UHGV virus genome: UHGV-1728491
Strand: one strand, 5' to 3'
Length of the DNA stretch: 14,974 bases
DNA from: a virus
Both the position numbers and the translations under genes were made by a program. This document shows, piece after piece, positions 1-6,058 of this stretch. The notes below the pieces were generated by a model. The model searched no databases. It was not told the DNA's origin and worked only from the letters and a program-made list of their open reading frames with translations. Position 1 is the first letter of the stretch. Each line of letters begins with the position of its first letter.

Positions 1-1130
1 CCTGAAGATGTAGATGAGAAAAATTTTGCTCCACATTCAATCGTTCTATTTATTGCTTGGTCTTTAATAATTTGCGGAAGCGCATCCCATATATCAGTAT
101 CCAATGATGTTGGTTGATACCCATCTCGTGACTGCTTAACATCTGATACTGTTGCATCCCATGTAGTAGTGTCACGCTTAATAACGTACGGAACACTGAT
201 TGTCTGGAAGGTGAGATCGGCAATAACTGAATTATTGGCGTCAGTAAATTCAAACATCTTGTCTGATTTAATAACCGCATTCCCAACCCCATACATCTGA
301 AAGCTGCCTGTATAGGTTATCTTCTTGTTTACAAACCATGTTCCTTCAGGGAAAAAGAATGGTAGGCCTGAGTGAAGGGCTGATATAAGGGCATCTGAAC
401 AATCCTGCCCTGACACACCACCGTACCAAGTAATTGGTTTAGCGATATCAGCAATGTAACCGGCACCACCAGGTCTGCCAAGAGCAAGCAGAACATCCGC
501 AGCAGATCCTGATGTTGGAACGAGCATGATTGGGTTACCATTAGCGTCAAACCCAACGATTTTATTCTTTCTTTGTTCGATACCTGGAAGCTGTGGTATT
601 GCTTCAGCAGTACGTAACGTTCTGTTCAGGTTTGTGGTTGAAACAACATCAACATAGTTTTTTGTAGCCGCATCCTGCGGCTCGCGTGGATCCTTCAAGT
701 TTCTAATGTAGTTGTTCAGCGCGTCATACCAGTTTGCGATACTCGATGGCTTACGTAGCGCCAGCCTGAATAAACTACTTACCTGCTGTATGAGCATAGT
801 CAGCTTATCAAACGCATCCTCGTGCACCTCAGCAAAAAACTTACCCTGGTTTCTAAGATCTGTTTCCTGAGTAACCGGCAGTTCTCGCGATATGGAAATC
901 TGATAACCATTAGCCAGTGCCTTCGACAGAATTACATTGCCGCCGTTATACCCTCCCGCACCAGTGACTGTGTAATCAGTATCAAGAGCCAGCACAGTGA
1001 TATTCTCGTCAGGGTCAATCACCTGCACTACTAGATCAGATTTATTGAAAACCCTAAAGGTATAAGGGAATGATGTCGTAACGCCGTTACCGGTGTATTC
1101 GTTGTGGTCAACTTCGGTTGAGACCGTCAT
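1..1130 (-). CDS. Tailspike / tail fibre protein, first 376 codons only (gene runs off the window start): N-terminal virion-attachment domain followed by the start of a beta-helix receptor-binding/depolymerase-type domain
   Basis: Absent from the ORF track because it has no in-window stop. I checked every minus-strand codon by hand from the ATG (rc of 1128-1130) to position 3: no stop. An in-frame TAG lies upstream at 1182-1184. SD GGAGA (rc of 1137-1141) is 6 nt before the ATG. Translation starts MTVSTEVDHNEYTGNGVTTSFPYTF; residues ~230-270 (WYGGVSGQDCSDALISALHSGLPFFFPEGTW) look like the start of a pectate-lyase-type beta-helix; VKQSRDGYQPT (nt 108-140) matches, from memory, a segment of the P22 gp9 tailspike (LKQSKTDGYQPT). 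The track ORFs 50-292 and 329-556 are other frames of this gene. Confidence 0.8.
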   Translation of the reverse strand, partial: MTVSTEVDHNEYTGNGVTTSFPYTFRVFNKSDLVVQVIDPDENITVLALDTDYTVTGAGGYNGGNVILSKALANGYQISISRELPVTQETDLRNQGKFFAEVHEDAFDKLTMLIQQVSSLFRLALRKPSSIANWYDALNNYIRNLKDPREPQDAATKNYVDVVSTTNLNRTLRTAEAIPQLPGIEQRKNKIVGFDANGNPIMLVPTSGSAADVLLALGRPGGAGYIADIAKPITWYGGVSGQDCSDALISALHSGLPFFFPEGTWFVNKKITYTGSFQMYGVGNAVIKSDKMFEFTDANNSVIADLTFQTISVPYVIKRDTTTWDATVSDVKQSRDGYQPTSLDTDIWDALPQIIKDQAINRTIECGAKFFSSTSS

Positions 1131-1324
1131 GTTAAATCTCCAGATAGTCGCAGCACCCGTTGCGCCGCATATCCGGTCATTCTATTACCTAAAAACCATA
1201 TATGGATAGAAAGCCCATAAATACGAACAGATATTACCTTTCAGGTGATTTGCAAAACGTGCTGGATAGCAAACAAATTATTTGCTACTGTATAAATATA
1301 CAGTTATTACATGGAGAAGATAAG
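1131..1324. promoter_or_regulatory. AT-rich divergent intergenic region, presumably holding promoters for the tailspike gene (minus) and the small plus-strand gene
   Basis: 194 bp non-coding gap between two divergently oriented start codons. Contains TGTATAAAT (1289-1297, extended -10-like) about 28 nt upstream of the plus-strand ATG, inverted repeat AGCAAA-N7-TTTGCT (1268-1286), and palindrome TTTGCAAA (1248-1255). No convincing -35 found; calls are by eye. Confidence 0.3.
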
Positions 1325-1582
1325 ATGCAGCAGTATCACTATCCACTGGAAGACGGATTTACCGAAAGGATTCACACGCCGGGAGGCGTCAGGTCACTGG
1401 TGGAGGGATCGCACTTGATGAAATTACTCCGGGATCTCGATAAGGATGGATTTAATGTCGATGGCCCACTTGCCGAACTGACTGCATTGATTAACTACGT
1501 CACCAGCTCACAGATGTCTATGCAGGATCTGCAAACACATCTCGACTATTGTGCCGAACAATTACGAAAACAAACCCGGTAA
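1325..1582 (+). CDS. Hypothetical small soluble protein (85 aa), orphan gene divergent from the late operon
   Basis: ATG at 1325 is preceded by SD GGAGAAG (1313-1319). Stop TAA at 1580-1582 is followed immediately by the 1590-1605 hairpin. The track's longer 126-aa version (from 1202) extends into the AT-rich promoter-like region with no SD, so I prefer the internal start. Product MQQYHYPLEDGFTERIHTPGG...; no family recognised. Confidence 0.6.
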   Translation: MQQYHYPLEDGFTERIHTPGGVRSLVEGSHLMKLLRDLDKDGFNVDGPLAELTALINYVTSSQMSMQDLQTHLDYCAEQLRKQTR

Positions 1583-1605
1583 ATTTAAAGGCCGCGAAAG
1601 CGGCC
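1581..1605 (-). terminator. Rho-independent terminator ending the minus-strand late operon; also the 3' hairpin for the convergent plus-strand gene
   Basis: Perfect stem GGCCGC (1590-1595) / GCGGCC (1600-1605) with a GAAA loop (UUUC on the minus transcript). On the minus-strand RNA the hairpin is followed by UUUAAAUUU (complement of 1581-1589). On the plus strand the downstream sequence is not U-rich. Confidence 0.7.
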
Positions 1606-1625
1606 TGTGACATGTCACGCTCACG

Positions 1626-1766
1626 TTATGACAAGCCTATGTACCCTGCTACACCAGATAATATCAAAATAACTGCAACAGCAAATTCGCCATCGTCAAT
1701 GATACATTTACGGTTCATAACGCCAAGTGCAACAAGCGCAAACACAACAAGAATAAAAGCAATCAT
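1626..1766 (-). CDS. Small hydrophobic protein, 46 aa, two predicted transmembrane segments; function unknown
   Basis: Hand-translated (below the 60-aa track cutoff): MIAFILVVFALVALGVMNRKCIIDDGEFAVAVILILSGVAGYIGLS, stop TAA at 1626-1628. SD AAGGA is 6 nt before the ATG (rc of 1764-1766) and overlaps the stop of the upstream 824-aa gene. Two hydrophobic stretches flank a charged loop (NRKCIIDDGE). Confidence 0.55.
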   Translation of the reverse strand: MIAFILVVFALVALGVMNRKCIIDDGEFAVAVILILSGVAGYIGLS

Positions 1767-1775
1767 TTCTCATCC

Positions 1776-4250
1776 TTATTGCGGAGTGACATCCTGTGGT
1801 CGCCACCAGTATGTCTGGTTAAACTCTTTCTTCGAACGTTGCTCCATTTTACGCAAATAACCTGGTGAAAAATACTCCTGCATCTGGTTAAAGATCATGT
1901 GATCGAGAGACGCCTTTAAGTACCAGAGATTCGCACCTGGCATCAGACCTTTCCCCAGCTTAACCAGATCACCACCAGTCTGCTCATTCTTCCCTTCCAC
2001 AGCATTTAACGGTATGCCCTGAGCAATCTTCACTACGTCATCAACCAGACCAGCTACCGGGCCAAGCATCGACGCCAGCGCGCCGCTTCCGTACCTAGTG
2101 TGATCTGACAATAAAAAGTCACCGTAAAGGCCAAGACCACCACCTTTCAGTAGAGCACCAAGCCAAAATTTAGCAGTATCTTCTCCTGTCATCTCGCGAG
2201 GATTACGACCAGACGCAAGGTCGTTAAGTTGCTGCGACAAAGCGCCAAGAATGGTCGTACTGGCAATAAACGTCGCAATATATGCCGCACGCCCACCAGC
2301 AGACGGCATACCCATAGCGCGTGACCAGTGACGCATAACCACCGAGATAGGGAACGATTTAAACAGGAAAACACTTCTCGTTAATTCACCTTTCCATGTT
2401 CCACGCTGAATACCAGAACCGGTTATCAGTTGCTCACGTGCTCCCGGTGTAATAACAGCCATATCAACTTCTTCAGTTACGGCACCGAGCAGTTTACGCA
2501 TTGCCTCAAATTTCACGCGTTCAGGCTCACCAAGATGTTTAACTGCTGAATCAGGGATACGCATAATGCTTTCCGGTGTCAGCATCGTATTATTACCGTT
2601 CCCCCAGTCCTCCTGTTGCGCCAGCTTCCATACACTCCAGTCTGTGTCAGTAATCCCTTTGCTTTTCAGGATACGAAAATCAGAGTCATCGAGGCTACGA
2701 AGGTCTGGCGTCCGTGACACTACTTCTCCCAGGCTTCCCATCATGGTTACGCCATAGGCGCGCTTGTGCGCATCTGACCATGCTGTAAGCCCACTGGCAC
2801 GCATTACGGCCGTTGCCGCCCAACGAGACACTGACGGCCCCATATTATCCATCGCCCAGCGGTTAACGCTGCCAAGTAGAGATTCCATCGCCAGACCAGC
2901 GCGGCGCGCCCGCACAAGTTCTGTACGGTTCGTTGGGTCCATAGCTTCAAGCTGGTTGCGGAATAACTGGTTCATTGGAAGGTTGGTAACCTTCGCCGAC
3001 AGATACATGGTTCCAAGATCAGAGAACGATGACAGCAACGCGGATCCGAGTCTGCTGGCAACCAGCCAGTTGCGGATATTGTCAGACCATCGCGCGATGT
3101 GCGGATTCGCTACAGGCTGTGTCTTTCCGGAAATAAAGTTGTACAGATTCTCTGTGTTGTTCGCCAGCCGCTCGACTTTACCGGTTTTACTCGGGTTAGC
3201 TGTTGCCGTTTCTGCCTTCACCTGATCAAGAAGAGAGCGGAAAACATGATCGGGGTTTGGGCCATATGTTTCCACCAGTGCAATATCTTTACTGATACCT
3301 TCCAGGTGACCGACCATGATTTCCCATAGAGAGCGATCGCCATAAAGTTGCTGATATTGCAGATAGGAATCTGCATCTTTGAAATGTATCTGTCGTGATG
3401 CATTACCACGGTTAGCACGTGCGCCGGAAATTCGCATTCCGGTATCAGTAAGCTTATTCAGCCCACCAGTAGCGATCGTGTTATAAGCCTCTCCAAGAAA
3501 TGCAGACAACTCAGCATCGTTCATCAGTTGTCCATCGGCTCGGGTATAATATTTGCGATCCAACTTACCTATAACATCGCTAACCCACTTATCCTTTGAT
3601 ACCGCCCCAACCTTTTCCATAGAATGATGTTGAGGGATCCCCCAGTTTTCGAGATAGCCAATGTCCCCACCAGCATCATTAAACCGGCGGCGCAGTAGCT
3701 CTGTCACTTCTCTCCACGCCTTAGCACCTTTTCTTGCTTTAGCATTGCCAGTATTTTGCCCCCGCATTTCATATACCAGGTCACGTACGCCCGCTTCATC
3801 TTCAAACAGACCAAAAAAGCGAGGATCAACTGCTTCGAATGCCTCCTGCAATTGACTCAATGCATAATCACGGGTGGCTTTTGTTCTGGATTCAACAGAG
3901 AGGAAATTCGATTTACCGTCTGCATTAAAAGCAATAGTACGGTTAAGAGCACCGAGTTTCCCATCAGCCCCTTGATAGCTATTGATAAATTTATCCAATC
4001 TCTGACGTGCGGCTATAGTGAGGGCCACACGACGTTTATTTAATGCCGCTTCTCGCTGTAATTCTTCAGATGCCAATTGTGCTGCTCGATATAGCCGCTC
4101 TGATTCGGAAAGTTGTCGCCACGACATCGGGTCATCACGAGCAATGGAGCGCATATTTCGATAAATGCGGTCTTCAATGTTCTGTATTTCTCGCGCCGTT
4201 AACGTGCGCTGCGCCGCCTGCTGGACCGCTTGTATACATTCCTGTCTCAT
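1776..4250 (-). CDS. Large internal virion / ejection protein (824 aa); C-terminal region resembles the C-terminal part of T7 gp16-type internal virion protein D
   Basis: Long ORF with own ATG (rc of 4248-4250) 5 nt after the stop of the preceding gene; a GAGG 9 nt upstream overlaps the end of the upstream gene. Last gene of the tail/ejection cassette. Gly/Ala-rich hydrophobic C-terminal third (…GGRAAYIATFIASTTILGALSQ…GGGLGLYGDFLL…) resembles what I recall of the T7 gp16 C-terminus. Unverified. Confidence 0.7.
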   Translation of the reverse strand: MRQECIQAVQQAAQRTLTAREIQNIEDRIYRNMRSIARDDPMSWRQLSESERLYRAAQLASEELQREAALNKRRVALTIAARQRLDKFINSYQGADGKLGALNRTIAFNADGKSNFLSVESRTKATRDYALSQLQEAFEAVDPRFFGLFEDEAGVRDLVYEMRGQNTGNAKARKGAKAWREVTELLRRRFNDAGGDIGYLENWGIPQHHSMEKVGAVSKDKWVSDVIGKLDRKYYTRADGQLMNDAELSAFLGEAYNTIATGGLNKLTDTGMRISGARANRGNASRQIHFKDADSYLQYQQLYGDRSLWEIMVGHLEGISKDIALVETYGPNPDHVFRSLLDQVKAETATANPSKTGKVERLANNTENLYNFISGKTQPVANPHIARWSDNIRNWLVASRLGSALLSSFSDLGTMYLSAKVTNLPMNQLFRNQLEAMDPTNRTELVRARRAGLAMESLLGSVNRWAMDNMGPSVSRWAATAVMRASGLTAWSDAHKRAYGVTMMGSLGEVVSRTPDLRSLDDSDFRILKSKGITDTDWSVWKLAQQEDWGNGNNTMLTPESIMRIPDSAVKHLGEPERVKFEAMRKLLGAVTEEVDMAVITPGAREQLITGSGIQRGTWKGELTRSVFLFKSFPISVVMRHWSRAMGMPSAGGRAAYIATFIASTTILGALSQQLNDLASGRNPREMTGEDTAKFWLGALLKGGGLGLYGDFLLSDHTRYGSGALASMLGPVAGLVDDVVKIAQGIPLNAVEGKNEQTGGDLVKLGKGLMPGANLWYLKASLDHMIFNQMQEYFSPGYLRKMEQRSKKEFNQTYWWRPQDVTPQ

Positions 4251-4255
4251 TTAAT

Positions 4256-6058
4256 TTAACCTCTCAAGAAACACGCCACAGCGACATCAAACAGGCTGGA
4301 ATCCTGTATTGCCTGCTCACTTTCCCTGTTCGCTTCATCCAGTACTTCACGCGCACTGCGCGATTGTGGATTACCATCATCATCCAGCACGGTGATTATC
4401 ATGTCAGGTGATTCAAGCAGCGAGTCTTCAGCTATGCGCAGATCAATATCTCCTGCCTGATCTGACATCATTTTTTGTTCTGCCTGTTGCAATATTTTAT
4501 CAGGCTCAAAAGGAGCTACTTCGTCTGGCGTCCTGACCTCTGCTGTTTTATAGAATGAAACAGCCTGAGCATTAAGTTCACTTTCTGCCTGCTGTCTCCG
4601 AGCCAGTTCTGCTCGAGCTTCAAAAAACTGACCGCCAGGCTCGTGCGGTGCCAACGCGTTACGGGAAAATTCCAGGCGTTCTTGTGCCTGCCGGATTCGT
4701 TGATCAATATCGCGAAGTCTGGCCTGTTTATCTGATCGAGCACGAGACAAAGCTTTACCGCTACCGGTTGGCTCTTCTGCAAGAATTTGTGCACGCTGTT
4801 CAGTGAGATTTTCAATAATTCGTTGGCTATTAGCGATTTCAGACTGGTAAACCTGTCTATCTCCACGCGGCAAAAGCTGCGCGGCCTGTTCTTCAAGCAA
4901 CCGATTTTCTATAGCGCGCGCCGTTACTCCATCATCTACAGATGACAGAGCCTCATTAACTTCCTGAGACAGCAGACTCTTGCGCCCAGGAATTTCACTG
5001 AAAGATGCAGACTCAACAATGCTCGCAACGTCTACAGGTCTCCCCTGGCTAACATCAGACATGGCTTTTCGCAGAGCCTGAATGTGCGAATTACGCGAAA
5101 GCACGTTGATCGGAACGCCGGGAGCAATATCAATTTCAGCATGATGAGCGGCATTCGCCGCCAGTGCAGCATCGATATCAACTGGTGAAAAATTTGGTGC
5201 GCTTGTAGGCTCGCCGCGAGAGTTAATAAATCTGCCGACACCACCAAACGCCACCCCAAGAACAGCATCAATAGCAATTGCCTGTCGATCCAACACATCA
5301 TACTGGTTAGCCATTTCGCTATAGCCACCATCACGAAGCGTTTTTGCAGTAAGCCCACGCTGTGCCATACCGAACGCAATATTTGTACCTGCGGCATAGG
5401 CAATATCTGGCGTTGCACGTACTGCTGTTGCTGCGGCGCGTCGCACTGAACTTTCCCCCGTCCGCGCAAGCTGAGCCGCCACACCTTCCGCCAGCGCACC
5501 GCCAGCACGTAACCCGAGGCTCATTGGGATCAGTGTTCCGGCACCAGCAGTAATACCATGCACTAATCCCGCTTCCTGCGCCGTCCTGAAATCAACACCC
5601 TGTGCTGTCAGCCGTTCAAACTCAGAAAAACCCTGTAGAGAAGTTACTGCCGCAGCACCTCCGACCGGACCACCGAGCGTTGTACCGACAACAGCCTGCC
5701 CGCCCATATCGAACAACCCATAAAGGACCTGCCCGGCGGTTCCGGTTGTCGCGGCATCAGGCGTCAGCCGCTTAACCTGCTGCTCTGCTAGTTTTCTCTG
5801 CTCAGCAATGTATGAAACTGAAGTGTCATTGAGCGAGGTGTTTTCGTTAACAAACTGAGCAATCGGGGATACGATTTTATCCATCCCTGCCCATAGCAAC
5901 TGATCTGGCTTTGCCACCAGCCCGGAGTACAAACCAGACAATGCCGCTCCTACAGCATTGTCGAAAAAACCAACATCGCTGTTAAAGCCAGCTGGATTTG
6001 ATGCTGCTTCGTCAAGCTGCTGATTCTGGTTTACTGGATTAAGGCCAAAGTAACTCAT
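4256..6058 (-). CDS. Internal virion / ejection protein (600 aa): Gly/Ala-rich hydrophobic N-terminal half, coiled-coil and acidic C-terminal half
   Basis: Long ORF in the ejection-protein position. ATG (rc of 6056-6058) has GGAG 9 nt upstream and overlaps the 3' end of the preceding gene by 20 nt. Composition is typical of membrane-inserting ejection proteins. No family-level match recognised. Confidence 0.65.
   Translation of the reverse strand: MSYFGLNPVNQNQQLDEAASNPAGFNSDVGFFDNAVGAALSGLYSGLVAKPDQLLWAGMDKIVSPIAQFVNENTSLNDTSVSYIAEQRKLAEQQVKRLTPDAATTGTAGQVLYGLFDMGGQAVVGTTLGGPVGGAAAVTSLQGFSEFERLTAQGVDFRTAQEAGLVHGITAGAGTLIPMSLGLRAGGALAEGVAAQLARTGESSVRRAAATAVRATPDIAYAAGTNIAFGMAQRGLTAKTLRDGGYSEMANQYDVLDRQAIAIDAVLGVAFGGVGRFINSRGEPTSAPNFSPVDIDAALAANAAHHAEIDIAPGVPINVLSRNSHIQALRKAMSDVSQGRPVDVASIVESASFSEIPGRKSLLSQEVNEALSSVDDGVTARAIENRLLEEQAAQLLPRGDRQVYQSEIANSQRIIENLTEQRAQILAEEPTGSGKALSRARSDKQARLRDIDQRIRQAQERLEFSRNALAPHEPGGQFFEARAELARRQQAESELNAQAVSFYKTAEVRTPDEVAPFEPDKILQQAEQKMMSDQAGDIDLRIAEDSLLESPDMIITVLDDDGNPQSRSAREVLDEANRESEQAIQDSSLFDVAVACFLRG

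Noticed and set aside
1202-1324. Longer 126-aa version of the plus-strand gene starting at 1202
   Set aside because: No SD before 1202; the extra 41 codons read through the AT-rich promoter-like sequence and a strong SD precedes the internal ATG at 1325.
1549-1860. Plus-strand 103-aa ORF spanning the terminator and the 46-aa gene
   Set aside because: It starts inside the plus-strand gene, runs across the terminator hairpin and is antisense to two minus-strand genes; the translation has no protein-like character.
2764-3225. Plus-strand ORFs lying inside the long minus-strand genes (e.g. 2566-2757, 2764-3225, 3099-3329, 3661-4411, 6481-6813, 7080-7424, 7896-8486, 9787-10008, 10905-11294, 11595-12284, 12104-12829, 12832-13311)
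   Set aside because: All are antisense to long, well-supported minus-strand genes, have low-complexity Ser/Leu/Arg/Cys-rich translations, and lack convincing ribosome-binding sites; typical shadow ORFs of GC-rich coding DNA.
4248-4258. Possibility that the 600-aa and 824-aa ORFs are one frameshifted pseudogene
   Set aside because: The downstream ORF has its own ATG with an SD-like GAGG 9 nt upstream and a clean 5-nt gap; nothing in the sequence requires a frameshift. Left as an open question in the findings.
4516-5508. Minus-strand ORFs in alternative frames inside real genes (2189-2374, 3218-3418, 4516-4896, 5032-5508, 7880-8101, 8976-9359, 10901-11146, 11171-11386, 12935-13345)
   Set aside because: Each overlaps a longer same-strand ORF in a different frame with a more protein-like translation; no independent start signals.
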